From assembly GCA_051294905.1 (NCBI GenBank), contig CM119371.1, positions 5,086,001 through 5,150,000 of the forward strand: DNA of 64,000 nucleotides, in the 5' to 3' direction. Made by a program: the position numbers and the translations under genes. Position 1 is the first letter of the stretch. The number at the start of each line of letters is the position of its first letter. Below, in pieces: positions 50,930 through 63,700 of the stretch. Source of the DNA: Botryllus schlosseri. Its lineage: Eukaryota. The notes below the pieces were generated by a model. The model worked only from the letters and a program-made list of their open reading frames with translations, searched no databases and was not told where the DNA came from.

Positions 50930-53381
50930 CACTGGGGTAATCGGTAAAATAGTAGTTATATATGTTATTGGCATTGGCTTGTGCAGTGCCGATGTAATTT
51001 AAGCCATACATCACACAGATTACCAAAGTAAATTCCTATCCAGACAAGGCAGTGCAGTCCCCACAAAATCACCCACAAAGATTAAAACCGAAGTTGTTCC
51101 TAATACTTGCAATACTGTGTATACTTGGTCAACTAGGTTAATCTAGTTGTCTAATCAGAGTAAAAAGCAAATGCAGGAAATCTAAATATAATTTAATTTG
51201 TGAAAAGTTTCTCTGTTTTATTTTATTTTCAATCTCATTTCTGCTTTTCCTAAAAATGCTATAAGACTACTGTACAGTACGATACGCGCCATACTCGTGC
51301 TTAGAAGAATTAACTCCGATTTGATATGAACTGAACTTGATTCAATTTCTTAGTTTTCAATATTTCTAATTCTAATCTAATTCAGGAAAAGCTGTATAGC
51401 TATAATATTATTTCTAATCCAATATGAAAACACTGGTACTGTGAAACAGAGACATTGACATTTAAGAATTTAAAACAGGGATGCTGGACTCTTTTTCAGA
51501 GTAAATACCATTTCATTGTAATTTCGAAGCCAACACACTATTGGGATATCGTTTGTTGGTACTGGTGCTTGAAAATGCGACCAGGAACTGCTAAAAGTGA
51601 GGAAAATTGATATATTATAAATGCGAACCATTCCATATCACCAAACAAAGTTAAAAAGTGGGCTTAGGAAGACTTTAACAGGAAGCTGAGCAGTCAACAC
51701 AATGACTTGGACTCGGATTCGAGTCATAATACCATGACTCGGACTCGATCCTCTGTTCGCTGACTTGGACTCGAACTTGACTCAGTGGGAATTGAAAATG
51801 ACTCGAGTTGAAAATATAAAAATGAGATTGACTTGTGACTCGGAGCCTTGTGACTTGGTTACAACCCTTGTAGATACTACTCAATGCTTGTACGTTGTTC
51901 ATTCTTAGTTATAAGTCCTCAACGTACTTGTTCTTTTTCGCACGTTGATTGTGAGTGTCTGTAACTCAACTGTTATGTGTTTCATATATTCGTTGTTATT
52001 GCTGCTATTGCTTTTTGTAAGATACATTCCGTATTAGCTTACCCTGGTTCGGTATTATGTTATGTGGTTATCTAATTTAAATAACCATTTACCCTGGTTC
52101 TGGCTGACACGAAGATCGTCATGATCATATCGTCGGCACCAGTCAATACCGATAAACCACTCTCTCTCTCTCTGACACCGAGTGTTCACTGTTTTATAGT
52201 AATGCACCTGGACAAAGTTTAGTAGTAGCCTTTCAGGATTCTGTAATTTCAATTCTATTACATGCCTGTCTCATATCATTTTTCACACAATCAGATTTAC
52301 CGGTAGAGCTGAGTGAGGCGTCTTGGAAACTGTAGGGCCCCATTGGTATGACTCCGTAACATGATGTTATTTCATGAACTCCTTGTCTGCTATATCAAAA
52401 AATATAGAATCGCCCAAACGCAGGCTACTAAGATAAAAGACACACATGATTTCAAATTGGAGATTCTTCAGATTGCCAAGACAGAAACATTCGGCGCCAG
52501 ACATTTAGGCGCCTATGGACAATTAAACCTATATGTATTTTGTAAGTTTTCGGTCAGAATAAGGGCAGCCCTTTTCGGTCAAGGTTTTCGTGCTACCGAT
52601 CGTTCTGGCACACTTCTTGGAGTCACATGTAAAATGGCTTAAAACTGTATGTGTCTTTGTGCATCGTGGCGCGGTAATGGCCAAAATATATGCCCATTTC
52701 TATAAATCTTGCATATTTTAACTTGGGGGAAGAATACCCTAAAATCAAGATATTTGGCTTTTTTTTTAAATCGCGTAAATTTACAAAAAATACTTTATAA
52801 TTTAGGCTAATTCTGGAAATAATTTTGGGCCCCCTTCGAGCTCGCCCCCCCCCCCAATTGGGGGGTTTGGGGTGCGGCAGTTAAGGTCCTGCGCGCACTA
52901 TATTCGGAAAATTACAGTACTTTTCAAAACTTGTACCTAGGATTAAATTTTCAACTGTCAACCTTCATAAATTGTCAATTAACTAACTTACATCGAAATA
53001 GATTCAGTTCCGAAACAACACACCAATTTTTATTATATCGGAATCGAAATGTCTTTCGAAAGAATTGTAGTGGGAGGAGTGTTGACCCCTGAAACCAACC
53101 CCTGGATACGCTTACCTAGCAATGGCTGTGAAAACATCGTACACCAGAACACCAGTCTCATGATCACTCCATATGACTACAGTGTTTTCATAGTTTTTAT
53201 GCAACCTATTTTTTCTTAAACTGACGACTCAAATCCGATATACCAGTATTGCAAATATGCTGTTTACATATTAATGATGCAATTTGTGTAGATTTATTCA
53301 ACACTATAACTATAATACATAGCAGGTGGTGTAATAAATAAAATCATTTTGTCAACTTCTGATGAGTACTTTCACAATAAG

Positions 53382-54689
53382 ATGAAAGATTGTCCGTGCG
53401 ATATGGCCAAGAATCCGTTTTCTCAAAAAGTTAACCGCAAGCTTCACACTTATGCGCATGCTGGCATCAAAAATCATAGATGTGCTACATGTGGGAAAGC
53501 ATTCTTTCGAAAGGGTGATCTCAAATGTGATATATGTGGGAAGGCATTCACTCAGAACGGTCACTTCAAGCAACATATGGATATTCATGCTGGCGTCAAA
53601 ACTCATAACTGTGGTATATGTGGGAAAGCATTCTCTCATAAGGTAAACTTCAAGCGTCATATGGATAAACATGCTGGTAACAAAGATCATAAATGTGATA
53701 TATGTGGGAAAGCATTCACTCAGAAAAGTTACCTCAAGAAGCATACGGCATGGCATGTCGGTGACAAAAATCATAAATGTGATATTTGTGGGAACACATT
53801 TACATGCAAGGGTGGCCTCAAGAAACATAGGGATATCCATGCTGGCATAAAAAATCATAAATGTGATACATGTGGGAAAGCATTGTCACGAAAGAGTGAT
53901 CTCAAGCAACATATGGATATGCACGCCGGTAAGAAAGATCATGAATGTGATATATGTGGAAAGGCATTCAGTCAGAGTGGTCACCTCAAGCAGCATATGG
54001 ATATTCATGCTGGCGTCAAAAATTATAAATGTGATATATGTGGAAAAGCATTCACTCAGAAGGGTTACCTCAAGAAGCATACGGCACGGCATGCCGGTGA
54101 CAAAAATCATAAATGTGATATTTGTGGGAGCACATTTACATGCAAGGGTGGCCTCAAGAAACATATGGATATTCATGCTGGCGTCAAAAATCATATATGT
54201 GATATATGTGGGAAAGCATTCTTTCATAAGGTAACCCTCAAGCTTCATATGAATACACATGCAGGTATCAAAGATTATAAATGTGATATATGTGGGAAAT
54301 CATTCAGTCAGAAGGTTCACCTCAAGTACCATATGGATGCCCATGCTGGCGTCAAAAACGAGAAATGTGATATATGTGGGAAAGCATTCATTCAGAAGGT
54401 TTACCTCGAGCATCATATGGACATGCATGCCGGTAACAAATATCATAAATGTGATATATGTGGGAATACATTTATGTGGAAGGTTAGCCTGAAACAACAT
54501 ATTAATATCCATGCTGGTGTTAAAAATCATGAATGTGATGTATGTGGGAAAGTATTCACTCATAGGAGTAACCTTAAGTGTCATATGGATATACATGTTG
54601 GTGGCAAAGATCATAAATGTGATATATGTGGGAAAGCATTCACTCGTAAGGATAAGCTCAAGACTCACATTAATAGCCATACTGGATGA
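53382..54689 (+). CDS. Tandem C2H2 zinc-finger ORF 3 (14 complete fingers plus one truncated in frame), apparently intact
   Basis: Open frame 53349-54689 with first in-frame ATG at 53382. Regular 28-aa CDICGKAF..H-x3-H-AG[VI]KNH repeats ending HTG*. No KRAB, ZAD or BTB domain recognisable; upstream exons are possible. Confidence 0.92.
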   Translation: MKDCPCDMAKNPFSQKVNRKLHTYAHAGIKNHRCATCGKAFFRKGDLKCDICGKAFTQNGHFKQHMDIHAGVKTHNCGICGKAFSHKVNFKRHMDKHAGNKDHKCDICGKAFTQKSYLKKHTAWHVGDKNHKCDICGNTFTCKGGLKKHRDIHAGIKNHKCDTCGKALSRKSDLKQHMDMHAGKKDHECDICGKAFSQSGHLKQHMDIHAGVKNYKCDICGKAFTQKGYLKKHTARHAGDKNHKCDICGSTFTCKGGLKKHMDIHAGVKNHICDICGKAFFHKVTLKLHMNTHAGIKDYKCDICGKSFSQKVHLKYHMDAHAGVKNEKCDICGKAFIQKVYLEHHMDMHAGNKYHKCDICGNTFMWKVSLKQHINIHAGVKNHECDVCGKVFTHRSNLKCHMDIHVGGKDHKCDICGKAFTRKDKLKTHINSHTG

Positions 54690-57600
54690 TGCATAATGGC
54701 ATCTTCCACTATGTATGCGGAATTTTAGCAGCAATATTGACTCTGAACATTAAACTTCCGTTTGATATGTTGAGTTCAGCTCACGATTTCACAGATCTGT
54801 CATTTCTAATAGCTTGTATTGCTTTGTACTGCATATTTCCTATGCTGCAATACCAATGATCGAGGTTTACAGCGTTCCGCAATGGAAAAGAGTACGAAAC
54901 TAAACCCTTGATAAATTAACTCTCATGGGTAAGGAGGATTTAATTTGCACCACATACTCGTATGTCACCACTAACTCAAATAATTGAATATAATTCTTGA
55001 ATCATTGTGTGTTATTGTGCCCACCCATACAAGTAACCAGTCGACAAAAGGGTGGTTGGAAATATTTGTGACGTGATAATGGACACTGTTCAACTCCGTT
55101 GAGACGCATTGGTACAATGATAGCTGTGCGTGTGACAGATACCACATGCTTTTGCTGGTCTCTGTGCTCATTGATGTTCTTGAACATTGGACGTATTCTA
55201 CTGCACATCTCTTGTTATCATGATAAAGAATCCTACGTATCTCTGGTGCACATGCGCATTAGTTAAACTCTTATTAAAGTGCTTATTAAAGTAACTTATC
55301 CGATCAATACATGTGAAAAGGCAACTTGTCGTGGTACATTTGTTCAAGCTGCCGGGGCAAGAACGCGTGACTGTTGCCTTCGATTAATGCTGACAAACTA
55401 TAAGCAGTGGTTCGTCGCGACCCAATCCTGGATTGTGAAGAAGAGTTGAATGTAGGAAAGTATACTAGGCCTACTAACAGCAGGTCCTGGCTCCTCAGGT
55501 CTGCACAAAACAATTGAATATAGTCGTTTCTCGATCAAGTTATGATAATTTCCGATCACGACACACATCAGGTAGCGACCGCACCAGAGTAGACTTGAAC
55601 GCACTATTAATCTAGTTTGTTTTGTTGATGGGCCACTAAATATTGGTTTTTGAGTAGTTCTAGTTGCACATTTGAGAAAAGATTCCTAATGCTAGGCTGA
55701 TTTGTACAAACTAGCGATCAAGTTGGTCGACTGTCAACTAACTGCTAGTTTTTTTGTGTAGCTCTATTTCAAGTTGCGCCTTTTGAAAAAATATTAATTT
55801 TCAAACAACTAGAAACACGTGTCGTCGTTTGACATGAATCGTGATACCGGTTTTCCGTTGTTTGATGTGCTTACAGTTACAGGGATTGTCAGCTTGGAGT
55901 CATCACACAGCTAACAGTGGCGTAGCCAGGGAGTCAGTTTGTTGTGGCCGAAACTTATCTTATTTCAATTTCGATAAGCCCGTCCTTTGTATATGCCAAT
56001 TTTATCTAATTTGTACTTAACTAATTCTTCGGAGTTGAATCTTAGTCAGTTGTGTTTGAGTAACACTTGCGGGCGGAAAGGTCGTTGTTTCTAGTTTTAG
56101 TTTCTATTTTTTTAAATTGAGTAATTACCGTATTTTTCAAGTAAGTTGTGAGTTTTTAAGAGAAAGTAGTTTTAGTTTCGAGTTATGTAAAATGAGTCTA
56201 GTTCTAGCTTTTGTTACTCATTGTGGAAATTCATTAGAATGTTCTTTGCATCCTACATTGCACAAGGGCCCCTATTTTTGTTCAATATTAGTTTTTTAAA
56301 CTGAATCGTCCATCCCAGTGACTCAAGATTCTGTGAGATTGAATGAAAGGGTCTGAACCCTGAAGCCATTGATGTACGCATGCCGGACAATACAAAATGT
56401 TGCGCAATATCAATATTACGAAAGAAACATTTTAGCGACGTCAAAATCACCGAATCGATGAGCTATTTAATCGTGTTTCATCCAACTGCGTAGCGCACAA
56501 CTGATTGTCCGCATAGGCCGGGGTCAAACTATTTATAGTTGGTACTTAAGTAAAAGTAGATAAAGTTTAGCGCCGTAAATTTCCCAAAATATATCCTGGA
56601 ACTAGTGAAAGTGGAAATTATATTAAAAGTACATCCTGGAAGTATATTCAGTAATCGCGATGCCACGGGCATTAATCACCAAGTAGTAAGGAGTCTGAAA
56701 CATTAGAAGTAGGCTACTTCGTTTCTGAATACGTCAAGAAAGGATTGAGGATTCACCGTTATCGCAAGTTTTCAGCACAGCGCGAAACAACAGCGTAATG
56801 CGCTCCTATTTATTATTTCCAGCCCGAATAGCGCGGTATATTACATACAATATTGTCCAACTCTGAGTCTCGTATCTTTAAACTCACCGACTCCAAACAT
56901 TCACCTCACACAACTACTACAACTGTACTTCGATAAATAATGATAGGCCATTGGGACGGTGACATGATTTTCATGTCATCTGCTGCCACTAGTAGGCTGG
57001 TCATGACATGTCTTGAAAATCGCATGTCCTGCTTGTAATTCAGTAGAAATGTAGGCTATGCAGCGACCTTCCCTCTTAAGTATTGACGCCGAATACTTTG
57101 GACCACCCCTTGTAAGGCTATGCTTAAAAACTCCTTTTCTGACTATCTCTGGTTAAGGGTGAGACATATGAACATATTATGAATGCGGGAGACTCTATTC
57201 ACCCAGGCCGACTATTCTAGCATGACTTGAACTCGAGACTGGCCAGTAATACCAGGGATATCTAGACTATACACTCCTTAGCAACCCACAGTTGGAGCTG
57301 GAATCAGACTTGACTCGTGAGCGAATCGAAAACGACTCAAGTCAAAACCACAAACGTAAGACGGACTTGTGACTCACAACCTTGTGTCTTGCTACACCCC
57401 TGCGGAAAAGACAATCAACAGCAAAGCATAGGGATTTCATTCGCGAATGTATGAATGTAATGAAAAAGGCAATTACACAATCACACAAAGTTGAAACAAG
57501 AGTATCACGAATCGTCTTCTGAAGTAGATGGAATATTCATGTACGGGCTTTCCAACATACAGTGTTGGTATTGTAAGCGAGCTCCCAGACTATGATTGCA

Positions 57601-57844
57601 ACCGTATTTTGCAGCAGTTGCAATTAGTAGGTTGTGAAGTTACGTTGCTGGTCGCTGTAAGTCAGGCATCCCATCAGAGGACACAGGATCACTTTCGGTG
57701 TGGTCCTGTATGATAAAAAGATAGATTGAAACAACCGCACTCGTGTAAATTTATAATCAATTACAAGTACTAATAACATTTTGGTATTATTCGATAGACG
57801 TACTCAGTATAAAAGTACAAGAGTACTTGAATAGGTTGGAGTAC

Positions 57845-58670
57845 TTATTGGCTGATGACGTGTTCAGGGTAACCGTTATCAGCCGTGGCATAGAGAGGAA
57901 ATGAGCGCAATTCAACACAGAAAAACAGAGCCCACCGAACGAACAAGAAAAGATGTTTACATCCATCTACCTTGAATTGGCCCCATTTCCACCCGCTTTG
58001 AAAAACAATTGATTTCTGCGGCCAGTAAGTGTTACGACTCAGTCAAAACCAATGTGATTTTTACAACAACACAACTGCGCCCCTTCAACACGCAAAGACG
58101 TTCTCCCTGCACTTCAAGAAAGTAATGTAGTGTACGAATATAAGTGCCACTGTGATTGTGGCTACGTGGGAAGAACGTCAAAACGTCTGCAGGAATGCAT
58201 AAACCAACATGTCCCCAGATTTATCAGAACACGTGCATCACGCTCAGTGAAAAGCTCACCCTTGACTCATCTGCTTAAGATTGATGCTGATCGATCAAAG
58301 GCCATTAATTCTGCCATTGGCAAACATCTGTTAGATAATCCGATCTGTGCGAATAATATAGAGACGACCGATTTCGAATCGTTTGGCGGGGCCGTTCACA
58401 ATTCCATTTGTGTGCCTCGAAGTCGACTTTTATCAAAATACACCAACCAAAACTCTGTCAACAAAAAGAGTTCGTGTACCACCTAAAAATAGTACATTGA
58501 ACGCTCTCTCATTCGATATTTCATGCTGGTGACGTCATATTTTGTGATACGATTTTTGATATACTATGTTCTTTCCAATTCTCTACTAGTTGCTGACGAT
58601 TATCCCTGAGGAGTGTCAGTCGAAAATATTCGGGTTCATTTCAATATGAATATACTATTCAATTGTATAT
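57845..58670 (+). mobile_element. Penelope-like element 3' remnant (GIY-YIG endonuclease and pLTR region) with an inverted 5' piece
   Basis: Plus strand reads ..VYIHLP*IG..KDVLPALQESNVVYEYKCHCDCGYVGRTSKRLQECINQH..SAIGKHL, a PLE GIY-YIG signature. Minus strand ~57845-57915 reads DNGYPEHVISQ, the PLE thumb motif. Related 3' sequence occurs at ~31875-31985. Confidence 0.82.
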
Positions 58671-59127
58671 TGAAGTTCTGTACCTCAAGAAGCTCTTCAA
58701 ATATACAGAAATGTAACATATAGCGAGTGGTAACAAATTTTTGTTACTGTCACATACGTCACAATTTGGGTCTACGATATCTGCTGATCCTGATACGCAT
58801 ATGGGGTTCCTTTTCACTTTGAACATTACATTTTGAATTTGAGATTAGAGTAAATGTGGATTCCTAGACGTCGACCAGATCCGAATCTCTGTCATTTTGG
58901 AAACTGGATTCAGACAAAAAAATTCTGATATGCTTTAGAGTTGTCGCGACACACATGAATTGATTTGAGCCATTGTCAGAGTTGGATTTCTAACATGACA
59001 TCTCTGATTTGTAGAATTATCCTAAATTTCAAAGAGCAAGTTTTTTTAAAATAAAATCAATTAGTGGTTATATAAATAAGGACTCACCCATATTCATAGA
59101 AGACTTCAAAGTTGGATTGGTATCGAT

Positions 59128-60772
59128 TAGGGTTAGTTCGGATATCAATAATTTCCACTATCCGGATAACGGATATATCCGTATATTTGGAATTTAGCTA
59201 ACCGGTTAACCGGATAGTGAATCCTAAGTGAGATAATCGATTTCACGAGGTCTGCATGAAAAATGGATCGCAAAATCATTACCCAGTGTAATTGCAGCTC
59301 TCTCCTCACACCGCATCAATAGTGGCATCCTGTAGCCGGGACCGTAGTTTTGTAACAAAGAGTCCACACGTATGAAATGCTCTTTCTGCTTCCACAAAAT
59401 GGGCTGAATTATAGTAAGCAATGATGTCCAGTACTGGAAGGAAGAGTAGCTGATACCAGAATTGAGGCCGACATGATAGCTCGCTCTAATTCCTCCATGA
59501 GAAATTCACATGATCAGGCCCGTAGCGAGCCGAAAAATAAAAGGGCGTTTTAAATAAAACGAGGTGGTTTCGATTTTTTTTTTCGAATTTAGTATCTGCG
59601 GAAATCAAATACGCTTACACGCACGAACATGTTTCGGAAATGCGAACATTCGATGTCATTCAGTTTCGCAATGTCACTCATTAATCACAATCGCTGTTCA
59701 AAATAATCTCAGCGGCATATTGTCTCCAAGCCACCAGTGATAGGAGCCAACGCATGCCAGGCCCGAGACTATGGTTACGCCAGCGATGATATCGTTCGTA
59801 CCATGCCTATTGCAGATGCGATTGCGCAGGCTAGCGATAAGATCGTGAGCACCAAGCCAATGGAGATGCGATTATGTAGGCCAGTGATGGTATAATGTCC
59901 ACAGAGCCTATTGCAGATGTGATTCTGCCAGCGAAACAGCGGCTTGTTGAAGACTCGAAAAACCAGGCCAGCAACGATAGCCGAGTTCGCGGCAATCAAT
60001 GACCTAATTTGGCGATCTTCTCAGCGGGAGATTGCGTCGCGTTCAGTGATGAGCATCGGGGCGGAGTGGATTCGGAGCGGAGTTTTGCCGATTTTGTGAC
60101 AGTCGGAGCGTTGTCGGAGTTTACAACAAATATTTTTTCGGAAAATTTCGGAGTATTGTAACTTTTGTCTCCGATATCTTTGGATAGCTCTGACCTGAAT
60201 ACACTCTTGATTAGGATTACAAACCAAAACACAGACAGTTGACACCTTGTAAAGTTTTAATATGGCAAGTAACATGCGAAAATGATTACCAAGTGCATAA
60301 AAATCAGCCATCTGCACTGCAATTGGGGACTGGAGAGTAGACAATACTATGACGACAACCATATTATCACATTAATTTACTAACACACATTACCAAGTGT
60401 ACCATGCTTGCTACTGTTTCGGATACTTGACGAGATTCGTCGGAGTCTGGGATTGCGCTGTTCGGAGTCGGAGGGAGTTTTCCTCAGACTCTAAAGTTGT
60501 CGGAGGGATTCGGAGTCTCGAAAAGCACTATCTGCTCATCACTGGTCGCGTTACACAGTGCATTGACGTATCCCGCTAACTGGGGACACGCTTCTCTCTA
60601 ATTAGCCGCGTGAAACACTGATAATACGACTTATTGAAGCTTCCTAAAAGTTTAAAACACATTATTAACGATACTATTTTATCTGGTTAACCGGCAGATG
60701 TATATCCGGATATCGGATGATCAAAAAACCTGCGTTTAACCGGTTAACCGTTATCCGGATAATCCAACCCTA
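59128..60772 (-). mobile_element. Deleted hAT transposon with a transposase C-terminal remnant, inserted in a PLK1 pseudo-exon
   Basis: Ends TAGGGTT...AACCCTA with repeated CCGGATA/AACCGGTT subterminal motifs; 8-bp TSD GTATCGAT. Minus strand ~59310-59405 reads VEAERAFHTCGLFVTKLRSRLQDATIDA, resembling the hAT dimerisation region. Confidence 0.88.
60044..60544 (+). mobile_element. hAT-type MITE nested in the 59128-60772 element
   Basis: TIRs CAGTGATGAGCA...TGCTCATCACTG; 8-bp TSD GTCGCGTT; repeated TCGGAG subterminal motifs. Confidence 0.9.
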
Positions 60773-63700
60773 GTATCGATCGATTTTTTTGGTTAAGCAT
60801 CCAGTTCTGTCATATGGAAGTGTGCTGATTCGTTACTGAGAATAATGGTCGCCTATGGCTTGTCACCAACAGGTATCTGTGTCTCTTTATTAATAGCACC
60901 TGAAAAGTAAAACGGTAAGCTGACATAACTGCTCGATAATAGCACTGAGTTTTCGATAAGGGGTCAAAAATTTATTTGACTTTGCTAACATATAACAAGT
61001 TGAACTTTTGGCTTGTTAGGTTTTTCAACTATATGATCTCATAAAAGTCGTAGGCTACTGTATATTCAGCATGTAACGAGTCAAGTACAGTTGGCGACTT
61101 CCTTAAGCGTTGCAAAGTATCACTGACAATAAATCAACAATTAAATTATAGTACATACCTTAAACCAGGTAAATCACAAGTAATTTCATAGTGAAGGTAA
61201 TTTACCTGAAGTATTTGTTGCAAGCTTATCTTCTTCAAAGATTGCTGGTACAACACAAACTATGAAATATACTGCAGCAATTTCAAGTGATTAAATTTGC
61301 CATCGTTGCAGCTTGATATTTTTTCACACATTGCATTCTACGTTGAAACCAGGGCTTCGGACCAGCCGTAAATTTAAACTGCCCCGGCTCCGGAGGTCTC
61401 TTCTATCATACATTAGCTCCGGCTCCAGCTCCGGAGCCGCATTATTACCACTGCTCCGGCTCTGAAATTATCGAATGGGCCTAGCTATATCAGGGGTGGC
61501 CAACCCGCGGGCCAAATGTGGTGAGTACTCTGTTACTGACCATCCATACATACAAGTGTTTGGGTGCAGCCTGTCTAGTTTATTTCATATCGAACGATGC
61601 GCAACGACTCGCGTACAAGCCCAGTCCATACACAAATTGACTCGAGTGACTGCGAAATTGTGATTCAAGTCGATTCATGACTCAACTCATTACAAGCTGG
61701 CTGGGCACCAAATTCCAATATTGCGCGTACTCTTATCGTAACTAGGGCCGGGTACAATGATGCAAGTACTCAAATCTAAATCGAGTATGAATTTGAATGA
61801 TTCTAGTCAAGTAATGAATTATTATTATTTCCAGTACTGAAATGGTACACCCCTTGACACTAAGAAGTCTATGAGTCGTGTTCAACCCTCAGCATTGTCA
61901 CGAACTGTCATGAAGTAGGTATGGTCGAATATTTTCTTCTAAATTATCTTGATTGTGATGTGGAACTGGCATTACATTTTCAGCGGTAGCCTAATTCAAC
62001 TTTCCACAGTTTTCACCCTATATGACGTCATTATCGTTGGTACTCGCATACTCGACTCGATGTCTAATACTCGATCCATAATGAAGTCAGTGAAGTACTC
62101 GATTTTGTCAGCCGTAAACATGTTATACAACATGCTATGAAAAATCATGGTAGGTCAGCATTGGAAACGAGTCACCATGTTCGACTCGCAAGTCATATCG
62201 AGTCATTGCATATTTTGAATTGATTCAAGTTACTCGATTTTTCCAGGCCATGTCAAAAGTAGGAGTCTAGAGTCAGGGAAAGTCACTCATTTTTTTATTG
62301 TGACTTGAGTCAAGGTAAGTCTCTCGATATTTCAAGGAGACTTGGGTCAGATGAAGTCACTGGAGTTAAGACAAAACACCTAAAATTGCTCACCAAGAGT
62401 TAAATTATTAACGAGAATTATCGCTTTGATATTATTTTTCCTTGAGGAAAGCTGTAAACCTTGATTTGTGGTATCGCAGCGTAAGAAACATGTGGTATAA
62501 AGGCACAGCATTACTGGAAACAACATATCTATGAAGTCGTGGTCCAGCCACGTATTGTCACCAACTGCAATGAAATAGGTATGGTTGAAAAATACAAATT
62601 ATGTAATGTGGTGTAGAAATGGCATTACGTTATTTGTGGTCGCATAGTTGAACTTTCCAAAATTTTCACAATGGTATGCAGTCACAAGAGGTTATACTCA
62701 AATACTCAACTTGAAGCTTAATACTTGGATCAGGTTAGAATTTGTCAGCTACTCGATTCTGCTCAGCCCTACACCTAATACCCTCGCAGCCTCCTTTTAC
62801 AAAAATTCCTTATCAATGTTGGCTGATACTCACAAACACAACTCAGTGACCAGGCGTTCACTTTGAAGCTGTGTCCATACTTGCCGACAACTTCCGGGGC
62901 AATATACTTACTTTCGTGTGCTGCAAAAAGTATTCTTTTTGTGGCTGTCAAAGTCGACCTTGGCAGCTTGAGCGAACTCTCCGATCTTCACAACTATATT
63001 GTTCACGGATAGGTTCCACAGCTGTCAATACAAATTTCACATTCAGATACACAAGTTTACAAACTTGTACAAACTAATAATCTAGCTAATTTATGACCAG
63101 CTTGGTACTTTTTTTTGAGTAGTTCAAGTTTTAGTAGCGGATTTGAAAAGCGAGTAGTTCTAGTTGTAGTTATGAAAAGTGCATGGTTATTGATATGCGT
63201 TTCCAAAGCAATTTCCGTACATCTAGAAAACATGAGTCGTCGTTTGGCGGGAATCGTGATACCGGTGTTCAGTTGTTTGATGTTTTTGCAGCCATCGCTA
63301 GATCACAGTCATAACTAGAAACAGTGGCGTAGCCAGTGAGTGGGTTTTGGGGGTTGACACACCTGTCATTTTTAAATAAAACGCCGGTCATTTTGAAATA
63401 CTGATTCTATCTTCGAATTTCCTAGTTCATTTGTTATTCAGTAATTTGTGTCATCAGTTATTAATTAGTGGCAGAATCTTCATGGTCATTAACTCCGGTT
63501 TAGAATTTTGAAAAGTGAGTAGTTTGTAGAAGTCTGACACTACTGCCAGAAATGTTACCTTGATATCCATGTGAACCATCTTACAATCGTGAAGATGAAA
63601 AACTACAAGCAGAAAATGTTGCACTTAGCAACGAGTCTCTTGTTCTGTGATGGCACACCTTCTTTAGTAAACTTTCATCAGTAATGAAAACAAATGGAAA

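Larger units (their letters stand above)
57505..63684 (-). pseudogene. PLK1: Unprocessed Polo-like kinase 1 pseudogene, copy 3 (fragmented; probably continues past the window end)
   Basis: Exons 63559-~63684 (RRCAITEQETRC*VQH..HLHDCKMVHMDIK), 62834-63021 (VKIGEFAQAAKVD), 59088-59127 plus 60773-60899 (FHMTELDA exon split by a hAT insertion), and 57505-57705 (DHT/KVILCPLMGCLTYSDQQRNFTTY..KYGCNHSLGARLQY). Flanking introns align with copy 2. Confidence 0.85.
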
